DNA from: Opitutales bacterium
GTDB taxonomy: Bacteria; Verrucomicrobiota; Verrucomicrobiia; Opitutales; JABSRG01
DNA length: 64,000 nt
NCBI GenBank assembly: GCA_049599475.1
Contig: JBMYOQ010000014.1
Location: 14,826-78,825, forward strand
Direction: 5' to 3'
In this document: piece by piece, positions 19,599-27,912 of the stretch
How the letters are laid out: every line of letters begins with the position of its first letter
Position numbering within the stretch: the first letter of the stretch is position 1
The notes under the pieces: generated by a model
What the model saw: the letters and a program-made list of their open reading frames with translations, nothing else
What the model was told of the DNA's origin: nothing
Database searches by the model: none
Program-made: the position numbers and the translations under genes

Positions 19599-21419
19599 TT
19601 AGGGGTGGGTGCTGTCTATAAATGCGAGGGCTTCAGCGTTTTTGCTGTCGAGCGCTAGGATGCGTCTGGCTTCTTCCAGGGCTTCCTCGATGTTTCCAAC
19701 TTTCTTCAAAAGCATTGCTCTTTGATAACGGAATCTCGACTCGGCGGGTAAGGCTTTAATTGCTTGGTCAATGGCTTCGATCGCTGACTCAAATTGCTGT
19801 TGGGTGGCATAGACATCGGATAATTCCGCTGCTAAATAGCCGTCGCGTGGATGTTGGGCGATCAGAGCAGTCAATTGACTAATCGCGGTCGTGTGCGCCC
19901 CGGTTTTCGAGAGATGACGCGCACGGAGCCGGGAAAGGGTGTTGGAGGTAATCCCCGCGTTTTCGGCGGCAGCGAGCCATTGGGAGGATTCTTGGATCAA
20001 GGTGTTTTCCAGCATCCATTGAATCGCATTCTCGTAGACGTCGACTTGCGGCCGGAGTGATCTGAGTTGTTGAAAGGCATCTAAGGTGGCCTCGGTGTCA
20101 GAGGTATCGACCAAATATTGGGTGCGCAGCTGCCAGCTTCTTGCTAATTTGGGATTAGCTTCGATGTGGCGCAGGGTGCGGCCGCCGGCCTGTTCATCCG
20201 TTTCCAGAATGGCAATTTCGGTGAGGGCGAGGGCCACTGTAGGATCGCTCTCGGCTTCCAGCTGAATCAGCTCGAATTTGTTTTTTGCTGCACTGAAATC
20301 TTCTTGGGCGAAATCGAGATGACCGGCCAAATAGTTTAATTTGTAGCTATTGGCTTTGCTTGGATCGACATCGTCCAGGGTCGCCCGTGCGCCTTCAATG
20401 TTTCCCTCAATAAACTGTATAAAGGCACGGATTATCCGTTTGTCCTGAGACGACTTTAGTTTGTTGAGGAGTTTCCGAAATTGTTGTTTGGCGCGAACTG
20501 GACGCTCGAGTTGCCACTCGATGAGGGCCATTTCCCAGTATCTGTTTTGCCGGGGAAATTCCAGATTGTGGAGGGCGGCGTAGTCCTTGAGGGCGGCCTC
20601 CAGGTCGCCGCGTTCCCAGAGCAGGCCGGCTCGCATGCGCAGACCGATCCGGTAGTCGGCTTGCAGCTCAAGGCAGCGATTCAGCTCGCGGTAGGCGTCT
20701 TCCCAGGTGCTGGGTGTCTTGGAATAGGAAAGGGCAAGGAATCGGCGTGTTGATACGCTCTCAGGGCGAAGCTCGAGGGAGCGTTTGTAGTCGGCGATCG
20801 CCGCGAGGTAGATTTCTTGAGATCGAAAACAGTGGGCCCGCATCGCATAGGCTTTGGCTTGAATGGATGGCTCGCCGACCTCGATCACCCGGGTGAAGGC
20901 GGAAATGGCATCTTGGTAATCTTCAGCGCGTCGGTGAAGGATGCCCGCATTGAACAGGGCGCTTTGATAATTGGGGAAAAGCTCGATCGCGCGTTCATAG
21001 GCTTTGATCGCTTCTGCTTCCTGATTCAATTTGCTTAGGCTCAGGCCCAGGTGGTAATCGATCCGCGCATCATTAGGATATTGTTCGTTGAGCTTTTCGA
21101 GATCTGCAATCGCCTCCTTGTATTCATCTTCGGCTACTTTTTCGATAGCGGCGCGAACGGCTGCCTCTTGCTCTGGATCTTCAGAGGCTGCGGGTTTTGG
21201 GCCGCTGCGCGGACTGTCTGTGGCTTCGGTCACTTCGAGCGGGGTGGCATCCTCGGCTTCATCGTCGGGCTCTTGGCCGGTACGCGCTTCGATGGCGATC
21301 ACCTTGGGTTTGAGAATTTTCTGCCGAGCGGATTCCTCGACCGCGTGGATTGCGAGGCCTAAGGCGAAGGCGAGACCTGTGAGCAGGATCGCTCCGAAAT
21401 AAACTTTACGCTGCTTCAT
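19599..21419 (-). CDS. Membrane-anchored/exported multi-TPR protein
   Basis: N-terminal hydrophobic segment, acidic Pro-rich linker, many TPR repeats (YHLGLSL..EAIKAYERAIELFP, AIADYKRSLELRP, EEARRILALDSKN); start overlaps upstream stop by 4 bp. Confidence 0.88.
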   Translation of the reverse strand: MKQRKVYFGAILLTGLAFALGLAIHAVEESARQKILKPKVIAIEARTGQEPDDEAEDATPLEVTEATDSPRSGPKPAASEDPEQEAAVRAAIEKVAEDEYKEAIADLEKLNEQYPNDARIDYHLGLSLSKLNQEAEAIKAYERAIELFPNYQSALFNAGILHRRAEDYQDAISAFTRVIEVGEPSIQAKAYAMRAHCFRSQEIYLAAIADYKRSLELRPESVSTRRFLALSYSKTPSTWEDAYRELNRCLELQADYRIGLRMRAGLLWERGDLEAALKDYAALHNLEFPRQNRYWEMALIEWQLERPVRAKQQFRKLLNKLKSSQDKRIIRAFIQFIEGNIEGARATLDDVDPSKANSYKLNYLAGHLDFAQEDFSAAKNKFELIQLEAESDPTVALALTEIAILETDEQAGGRTLRHIEANPKLARSWQLRTQYLVDTSDTEATLDAFQQLRSLRPQVDVYENAIQWMLENTLIQESSQWLAAAENAGITSNTLSRLRARHLSKTGAHTTAISQLTALIAQHPRDGYLAAELSDVYATQQQFESAIEAIDQAIKALPAESRFRYQRAMLLKKVGNIEEALEEARRILALDSKNAEALAFIDSTHP

Positions 21420-23956
21420 GAAATATCGGGGCTGAGTTCTTTCGCGAGGACGCCTTGAAGGCCTTCTTTGCGGATGTTTTGAATTTCGATTCCTGGGCGG
21501 GCATTGATCTCAATGACAACGGGGCCGTATTCTTCGTCGATACAGATGTCGACACCTGCATAGGCGAGGGGAACGGCGCGCTGTGCCTGGCCGGCAACTG
21601 CAAGCACGCGCGACCAGCCAGGGATTCGGAAGCCCGTGACTTTAGCTCCGCTATCTGGGTGAGTGTCTGTGGGCTTACCATTGTGTTGGGCGCGGCCGCA
21701 GACACCCGTCTCCAAATCGACATCTACTCCGATTGCGCCTTGGTGTAGGTTGGATTTGCCGCCGGATTGAGCCGTCGGGAGGCGCAGCATGGCGGCCACT
21801 GGTTTTTGATTTAAAATGATGACGCGCACGTCCGGGACTCCCTTGGGGACAAGGCTATTGAAAATGGTGGTCGGCGTCATCAAAGCCTCGACGAGAACGG
21901 CATCGTTTTCTCCGCTCTTGGAGTAGGTGCCGAGGGTGATTTCCCGCATATTATGCGCGATATCCTTTAGGCTCCAGGGTTGACCGGACGATTGGAAAAA
22001 AGTGTCGCCTTCGCGCCGGACAAGGAGAGTGATGCCGTTACCTTGGGAGCCTTTGGCTGGCTTAATTACCATGGACTGGATGCCTTTAGTCAGTTCCTCT
22101 ACTTCGTCAATTTGGCGGAAATCGGTGACTGTGAACAGGGTCGCGGGGCAGGGGACTTTATGTTCTTCAAAGGCTTTTTTTGAGGCAATTTTATCGTTGG
22201 CCATTTGAATCGCAGAGCGCGTGTTGAGCTCTTGGACAATCTCGCGGTTGCGCATATTGATGCCGAGTATCGAGCTTTCCGCGTTGAAATCGGGTTCATC
22301 TTTGCGCGCTCGAATGAGGTTTCGGAAGCGGAAATACTCCGATAGGCGTAGTGCGACCCAGCAGCCGACCCAGACCTGCAGCACAAACACGAGGGCAATG
22401 AGTTCGGGAAATGTCCCGAAGAGACCGCGCAGCAGAGATGAATCGTAAACGATGTAACAGAGTAGAATGAGGACGAGGGACCAGATGGAATTTCGGATCA
22501 GGGTAGTCCAGTCGCGATCATCGATCAGAGAACTCATCCGATTGGCGGTGAAGGACAGGATGACCACAGGAAATACAGCCAGGACGTTGATATCTGCGTA
22601 GAGGCTCAGTTCCTTCCAAGACAGCAGACCTAGCATGATGATGGTAATCAGTGTGATCACGGCCGCCATTTTTGAGATGTTGTGCATCCGTAAACGCTCA
22701 AGAAGTAGATGGAAAACGGTCGCTAGAAAAATGACTACGGCGAAGATTACCATGCCGCTGGCAAGTCCGGTGTAGCGGCAGGCGCCGGCGATGAGCATGG
22801 GCATGAAGACGCCAAAGGTTTGGAAGCCGAGAATGTTTCTGAAAAATGCGGTGATCAGGGCGGCCAGCGGAAACATCAAAAACAGGCCGGAAGTCTGCCG
22901 GTCGAGTCCCAAGCCGTGAAGGAAACTCACGAGATTGAATGAATCTGTCGCTGTGACCTCTGGATTTTCGTTTTCGTGTCGCGGGGTCAGAAAGCGTGAA
23001 CCGATACGCGACTCGATTACGATAACTCCGGCGATCGACTCGGTGCTGGAACCAGAAATGGATGCGTCTCGCTTGCGCAAAAAGGTATCCGGGATCTCTG
23101 CGAAATGATTGAAGCGCAGGCAGAATGGCACCCAGTGATCTTGGATTAACACTTCGTTCCAGTAGTGTTCCCGCAATTCCGCGGTGTTTAGCAGGTAGCC
23201 GTTGGCCACGCGGCAGGGCAGACCTTTGGCACGGACGAGCGCCGCCATCGCGTAGGCATGGTCAGCGGCATTGCCTCCGCTGAGTGCAAGGGCGGTTGCG
23301 CTGTCGGTGGTGGCCGCGAGGGCGTTATACTCCAATTCGGCGCGAAGCGTATCGAAGGTAGCGCGGAGAAAATCGTAAATGCTCTGGCTCTGTGAAAAGG
23401 GCTCTTTGGCGAGCCATTCGCTGACCGTTGGGTCTTCGACGCGGATGAATGGTGTCGAGCCGATGTCGGCAGGGTTGATGGCTGGGTTTGGGCCGCTTGT
23501 CAGGGTGAGTGCAGGATCGATTTCATAACGCAGGGCAGATGTTGAGAAGCGTGCGCTGTAGCCAATTTTACGCAGTCCGGTCGGATTTATGGCTTCCCAG
23601 GTTCCCTGTAGGCCTTGGCTTGTGTCCTCTTGCGAATAGGCCATCGCCCCGGTGATGATGTCCAAGTGGTCGATCCGCTGATTGTCAGCGTTTTCGGGTA
23701 GAAAGGTTTTTACCTGAATGTCGCCGCCTTGTCCGTCTAGAACCAAGGTATATTCAAGCTCATAGACTGTTTCGGGGATGATATCTACCAGGAGCGCGGG
23801 CTCTTCGTAAATCCGATACGCGACGAGGGAAATGACAGCGATTGCCAAGCAGATGACTGTGGTGTGCAGTAGCTTGACGGTGGGCAATGGGCTTTTTGAA
23901 GGAGTCGGCTTCGCGGGCGAATCGGGTGCCTCCGGAGAGTCTTCGGTCACTTTCAC
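21416..23956 (-). CDS. Fusion: inactive transglutaminase-like domain + 7TM domain + ATP-grasp ligase (alpha-L-glutamate ligase-related, RimK-like)
   Basis: TGase fold MAALVRAKGLPCRVANG..HYWNEV..WVPF; 7TM FRNILGFQTFGVFMPMLIA, FPVVIL, FPEL, LRLSEYFRFR; ATP-grasp LGINMRN, DKIASK, VIKPAKGSQGNGI, GVPDVRVI, MLRLPT..SGGKSNLHQGAIG, HPDSG, GVD..GPVVIEINARPG. Confidence 0.88.
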   Translation of the reverse strand: MKVTEDSPEAPDSPAKPTPSKSPLPTVKLLHTTVICLAIAVISLVAYRIYEEPALLVDIIPETVYELEYTLVLDGQGGDIQVKTFLPENADNQRIDHLDIITGAMAYSQEDTSQGLQGTWEAINPTGLRKIGYSARFSTSALRYEIDPALTLTSGPNPAINPADIGSTPFIRVEDPTVSEWLAKEPFSQSQSIYDFLRATFDTLRAELEYNALAATTDSATALALSGGNAADHAYAMAALVRAKGLPCRVANGYLLNTAELREHYWNEVLIQDHWVPFCLRFNHFAEIPDTFLRKRDASISGSSTESIAGVIVIESRIGSRFLTPRHENENPEVTATDSFNLVSFLHGLGLDRQTSGLFLMFPLAALITAFFRNILGFQTFGVFMPMLIAGACRYTGLASGMVIFAVVIFLATVFHLLLERLRMHNISKMAAVITLITIIMLGLLSWKELSLYADINVLAVFPVVILSFTANRMSSLIDDRDWTTLIRNSIWSLVLILLCYIVYDSSLLRGLFGTFPELIALVFVLQVWVGCWVALRLSEYFRFRNLIRARKDEPDFNAESSILGINMRNREIVQELNTRSAIQMANDKIASKKAFEEHKVPCPATLFTVTDFRQIDEVEELTKGIQSMVIKPAKGSQGNGITLLVRREGDTFFQSSGQPWSLKDIAHNMREITLGTYSKSGENDAVLVEALMTPTTIFNSLVPKGVPDVRVIILNQKPVAAMLRLPTAQSGGKSNLHQGAIGVDVDLETGVCGRAQHNGKPTDTHPDSGAKVTGFRIPGWSRVLAVAGQAQRAVPLAYAGVDICIDEEYGPVVIEINARPGIEIQNIRKEGLQGVLAKELSPDIS

Positions 23957-24150
23957 ACGCGTTATATCGCCCGTGTCGGACGAGAGTGGAGCGCTAGCTT
24001 TGAGAATCCATTGTTATTAACGGTTCTTTTATCCGTAAACCCGTGTCAAAATCTTCGCTTGGGCTGTTTTCAGGTTTGCATGTTTGGCCGCAATCTCCAC
24101 TGTTGAGCGCTTTTCCTTACTCTGAGGAGATCTAAATACCATATATTGAT

Positions 24151-24705
24151 ATGAAAACAGTAACGCTCAACGCACAGAAACGAGAGGCCACAGGTCGTGG
24201 GAGCTCGCGTCGCTTGCGCAATGAGGGACAGGTTCCAGCAGTCGTTTACGGCAAGTCTGGAGTCGAAGGCCTCGCTGTCGACGCAGTAGCTTTTCGCGAA
24301 CTTTACTTGGAGGTCCGCGGTACAGCGGCATTCATCGATCTAAACATCGGTGACAAGTCCGTAAAGACCATCATCAAGGATATTCAATTGGACGCACTTA
24401 CACGTAAGTTCCTCCACATTGATTTCAACGAAGTCGACGATAACACAGTCATGACGGTTAACGTCCCAGTGAGAACCACCGGCGAAGCATTCGGTGTGAA
24501 GACTGAAGGCGGCATCCTCGACGTTGCCGTGAAGAACGTAACCATCCGTTGTAAGCCGGCAGATCTCCCATCTTCTATTGATGTGGATATCACGGACCTC
24601 AAGAAGGGTGAGTTCGTACACCGCAAGCAACTTCCTGCCCTGGAGGGTGTGAAGTATGTGGGCGATCCGGCTTCCGTAATCTTGGGTGTCACTAGCGCCA
24701 GCTAA
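24151..24705 (+). CDS. rplY: 50S ribosomal protein L25 (CTC form)
   Basis: SRRLRNEGQVPAVVYG, LHIDF, GVKTEGG. Confidence 0.96.
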   Translation: MKTVTLNAQKREATGRGSSRRLRNEGQVPAVVYGKSGVEGLAVDAVAFRELYLEVRGTAAFIDLNIGDKSVKTIIKDIQLDALTRKFLHIDFNEVDDNTVMTVNVPVRTTGEAFGVKTEGGILDVAVKNVTIRCKPADLPSSIDVDITDLKKGEFVHRKQLPALEGVKYVGDPASVILGVTSAS

Positions 24706-24717
24706 TTTATGATTTTC

Positions 24718-24751
24718 GCAGAGCTTTGAATCTTCAGGGCTCTGCTTTTTT
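24718..24751 (+). terminator. Intrinsic terminator after rplY
   Basis: gcagagctttgaa/ttcagggctctgc stem followed by T run. Confidence 0.75.
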
Positions 24752-24763
24752 GTTCTTTTTCAG

Positions 24764-25348
24764 ATGCATCCGGTTTGCGCGATAGTGGGCTTGGGAAATC
24801 CTGGCTCCGAGTATGCGCAAACCCGCCATAACATCGGCTTTCACATTTTGGATGCCTTGGCTGCCTCACAGAAGGCGGTATTCAAGGACGTCTCCAAATT
24901 TGAAGCGTCCGCATGTCAGGTGTCCATGGGTGAATCAAGCATTTGGCTGGTGAAGCCGCTTACTTTCATGAACCGAAGTGGGCGCTGCATTGGCCCGATG
25001 GCGCGATACTATAAGTGGCTCCCAGAGCAGATTATCGTCGTGTACGATGAGATCACGCTCGATCCAGGGAGGCTCAAGCTGGCTGTGCGCGGTAGTGCGG
25101 GCGGTCACAACGGTATTGCGGATATATTGACTCACTTGGGCAACGGATTCGTGCGATTCCGGGTCGGCATTGGACCGAAGACGCACGCGGAGATGGATTT
25201 GGCTGATCATGTCTTGGGTAAGTTTACCGAGACAGATCAAGCGTGGGTGCAAGAACACACGCCTCATTATTTAAACGCTCTGCAGCTGATCGTGCGGCAG
25301 GGGACTGAGGTGGCCATGAACCGTTTAAACCAAAAACCAAGCAAATGA
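24764..25348 (+). CDS. pth: Peptidyl-tRNA hydrolase
   Basis: GLGNPG, TRHNIGF, KPLTFMNRSG, GSAGGHNG. Confidence 0.96.
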   Translation: MHPVCAIVGLGNPGSEYAQTRHNIGFHILDALAASQKAVFKDVSKFEASACQVSMGESSIWLVKPLTFMNRSGRCIGPMARYYKWLPEQIIVVYDEITLDPGRLKLAVRGSAGGHNGIADILTHLGNGFVRFRVGIGPKTHAEMDLADHVLGKFTETDQAWVQEHTPHYLNALQLIVRQGTEVAMNRLNQKPSK

Positions 25349-25644
25349 GTCTAACTACAACCAAATACTACCGTGCATCCTTCATTTTGGATACGCGCGG
25401 ACTCGAAACTTCAGCCGAAGATCTGATCGAAGAATTCGCGGGAATCTCCTCGTCGCTCGGTGCTGAAGTCACCAAGAAGGAAAACATGGGAGTCATGCCC
25501 TTCGTGCGGGTCACGGACAAGAAGTTCCCTGAAGGCACCTTCTTCCAGCTCGAGCTTAAGGCTGAGCCTACATTCCCAGCTGCCATCAAGGATAAGCTGC
25601 ACCTCGACCGTCGCGTAAACCGCATCTTGATTAACAGCCTTTAA
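25345..25644 (+). CDS. rpsF: 30S ribosomal protein S6
   Basis: 99 aa with S6-like pattern (Y...FILD, MG..F, G.F.L); position before ssb. Confidence 0.85.
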   Translation: MSLTTTKYYRASFILDTRGLETSAEDLIEEFAGISSSLGAEVTKKENMGVMPFVRVTDKKFPEGTFFQLELKAEPTFPAAIKDKLHLDRRVNRILINSL

Positions 25645-25692
25645 TCGATTTTCACGCTTGCCTCGAGCGACGAAACAACTGAACAAATATTC

Positions 25693-26154
25693 ATGGCTTC
25701 GTTTAATAAAGTAATCCTGATGGGAAACTTGACCCGCGATCCTGAGATGCGGATGACCCCAGGCGGACTTGCAATCGCAAAGTTCGGCCTCGCTGTGAAT
25801 CGTAAATATACCACCAAGGACGGCGAATCTCGCGAAGAAGTGACTTTCGTGGATTGTGACGCTTTCGGAAAACAGGCTGAGATTATCTCTCAGTATGTGA
25901 AGAAGGGGGGTATGCTGTTCGTTGAAGGCCGCTTGAAGCTCGATCAGTGGGAATCTCAAAATGGCGAGAAGCGCAGCAAGCTCGGCGTTGTTGTGGACAA
26001 CTTCCAGTTGATGCCACGTAGCGGCGATTCTTCTGGCTCGGGATCGGGAGACCGTGGATATGAGAATGTATCCCCTCCTAGCCGCAGCCAAAGCAACTCG
26101 CGCCCTGCGGCGCCTGCTCCTGTGGAAGACATCGATGACGATGTCCCATTCTGA
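25693..26154 (+). CDS. ssb: Single-stranded DNA-binding protein
   Basis: NKVILMGNLTRDPE, VEGRLK, acidic tail DDDVPF. Confidence 0.97.
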   Translation: MASFNKVILMGNLTRDPEMRMTPGGLAIAKFGLAVNRKYTTKDGESREEVTFVDCDAFGKQAEIISQYVKKGGMLFVEGRLKLDQWESQNGEKRSKLGVVVDNFQLMPRSGDSSGSGSGDRGYENVSPPSRSQSNSRPAAPAPVEDIDDDVPF

Positions 26155-26194
26155 TTGAATCGAAATTTAAAATAACAAAATAGAAAGCATACCC

Positions 26195-26689
26195 ATGTCG
26201 GTAAAAGAAGTACTCTTGCTCCAGCCTGTTGAAGGCTTGGGCGCTGAAGGTGAGCAAGTCACCGTAAAACCGGGTTACGCCCGCAACTACCTGCTTCCTC
26301 GCAAGCTTGCTATCCCTATGACACAGGCGAATCGCAAGCAGATGGAAGCTCTCCAAGCGCGTCGCGACGCCCGTGAAGCAAAGCTTCTTGGCGAAGCTCA
26401 GGAACTGGCTTCACGCGTAATCAACATCAAGCCTGTATTCGCCGTGAAGACTGGCGAAGGCGGCAAGATGTTCGGTGCGATCACTGTCGGCGATATCCTT
26501 GCTAAGCTCGAAGAGGGCGGCATGACTTTGGACAAGAAGCAAGTCTTGCTCGAGGCACCTGTTAAGGAACTCGGAAAGCACGCGGCGACTGTAAAGCTCC
26601 ACACGGACGTAGTTGTTGAGCTATCTTTCGAAATCGTCTCTGAGAATCCAATCGAAGAAGGCGCGGAAGAAGAAGCTGCTGAAGCGTAA
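26195..26689 (+). CDS. rplI: 50S ribosomal protein L9
   Basis: VKPGYARNYLLP, GKMFGAIT, VKLH. Confidence 0.97.
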   Translation: MSVKEVLLLQPVEGLGAEGEQVTVKPGYARNYLLPRKLAIPMTQANRKQMEALQARRDAREAKLLGEAQELASRVINIKPVFAVKTGEGGKMFGAITVGDILAKLEEGGMTLDKKQVLLEAPVKELGKHAATVKLHTDVVVELSFEIVSENPIEEGAEEEAAEA

Positions 26690-26711
26690 TATCTTTCTGG
26701 ATATTTACATC

Positions 26712-26745
26712 AAAAAGGCCCAGTCGGTATGACTGGGCCTTTTTT
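26712..26745. terminator. Bidirectional intrinsic terminator between rplI and the convergent sensor-like gene
   Basis: aaaaaggcccagtc-ggtat-gactgggcctttttt perfect stem with A/T tails on both sides. Confidence 0.88.
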
Positions 26746-26788
26746 GTTTTGGGATTAAATTCGAAGCTAGGTAGCAGCGACCATCAAA

Positions 26789-27691
26789 TTACAGGGATGC
26801 TGTAAGTTCGGCTCGCGAGGCCACCTCGAAAAGTTTTACTGCTTTGTTCATCTCCTTGAGGAGAGGGACATTGTCGTCTGCGACCTGTTGGACATCGGCG
26901 AGCGTAATGGCGGCTGTTCCTTCGTTGGCAGCTTTCTCCATAGAAGGTTTGAATGCGGTCCAGAGTTCCTGGACCTTTGCTAATTGCGCATCGATTTCCG
27001 GGGTGTTGATGGAAGCGTCCAAATTCAGGGTTTCATCCCCGTTTTTGAGTCCCTGCAGTGTTTGGTCGAAAAGCTGATAGGTGCCTTTGAGATTGTTTTG
27101 GTTTTCCTCTGCGTCATGTCCCTTGGCGATGAGGACGAATTCTTTGCTCATCTTTTGGGTGAGCATGCGCTGTTTACCTGCAAGGTTGATCGTGACAGCG
27201 AAACGAGGGTCGGTGTTGCCTTCGCCAGTGCTGTATTCTTGCTCATAAAGTTTCACTGCTTTGTTCATTTCCTTTAGCAGCGGCACATTGTTTTTGACGA
27301 TCAAATTGATGGCCATTGGGTTGGCAGACTTACTGCCCGCTACTGCAGAAACGGCTTCGTAGAAAGGTTGCCAAATCATTGAGATCTTATCGATTTGGCG
27401 AACAATCGTCTTAGATTTGGTGCCGGGGAGGCCCATTTGTTGGTTCCCGTTGAGTAGACCGTCGAGCGTTGCATCAAAAAGCAGTGCGGTTTGCGAAGCG
27501 CTTTTGTAGTAATCCGCGAAGTCTGGATTGTAGGAGGCTAGGAGTATCTCCTTGCTCATTTTTTGAGTCAACATGCGCTGTCGACCTGCGATATTGATGA
27601 CGGTGCCGTAGTTAGTCTCGGCAACGAGGGTTTGTTCAAACCCGGTGAATGCAGTAATGACCGCAAATAGGGACAATGCTATTTTTCTCAT
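26789..27691 (-). CDS. Exported protein made of two tandem NarX/PilJ-type four-helix sensor domains
   Basis: Signal peptide; two copies of P-box-like IN(I/L)AG(R/K)QRMLTQKMSKE and NVPLLKEMNKAVKL(Y/F)E; no TM or output domain. Confidence 0.85.
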   Translation of the reverse strand: MRKIALSLFAVITAFTGFEQTLVAETNYGTVINIAGRQRMLTQKMSKEILLASYNPDFADYYKSASQTALLFDATLDGLLNGNQQMGLPGTKSKTIVRQIDKISMIWQPFYEAVSAVAGSKSANPMAINLIVKNNVPLLKEMNKAVKLYEQEYSTGEGNTDPRFAVTINLAGKQRMLTQKMSKEFVLIAKGHDAEENQNNLKGTYQLFDQTLQGLKNGDETLNLDASINTPEIDAQLAKVQELWTAFKPSMEKAANEGTAAITLADVQQVADDNVPLLKEMNKAVKLFEVASRAELTASL

Positions 27692-27912
27692 AATTTTGGC
27701 AGTGGAAATTGCGAAACGATGTTTTCAAAGTCCGTAGGTCGGTTGTCTGGGTGTGATATTGAACCCAGCTTCGGATACACTTCGATTGAGTCGCGAAAAT
27801 TTGTTGAGAACTCGTGAACAACTTTTCGTGGTCTTCTATTCCTCGATTGCCCATGCTGGTCTGTTAGCTTCATATCCTCGATTCCTTGCGCCAAATATTT
27901 ACTCCTTAACCG

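Noticed and set aside
25345..26689. rpsR (S18) missing from rpsF-ssb-rplI
   Set aside because: Only 40 bp separate ssb and rplI, so there is no remnant; relocation of rpsR is an ordinary lineage-level rearrangement
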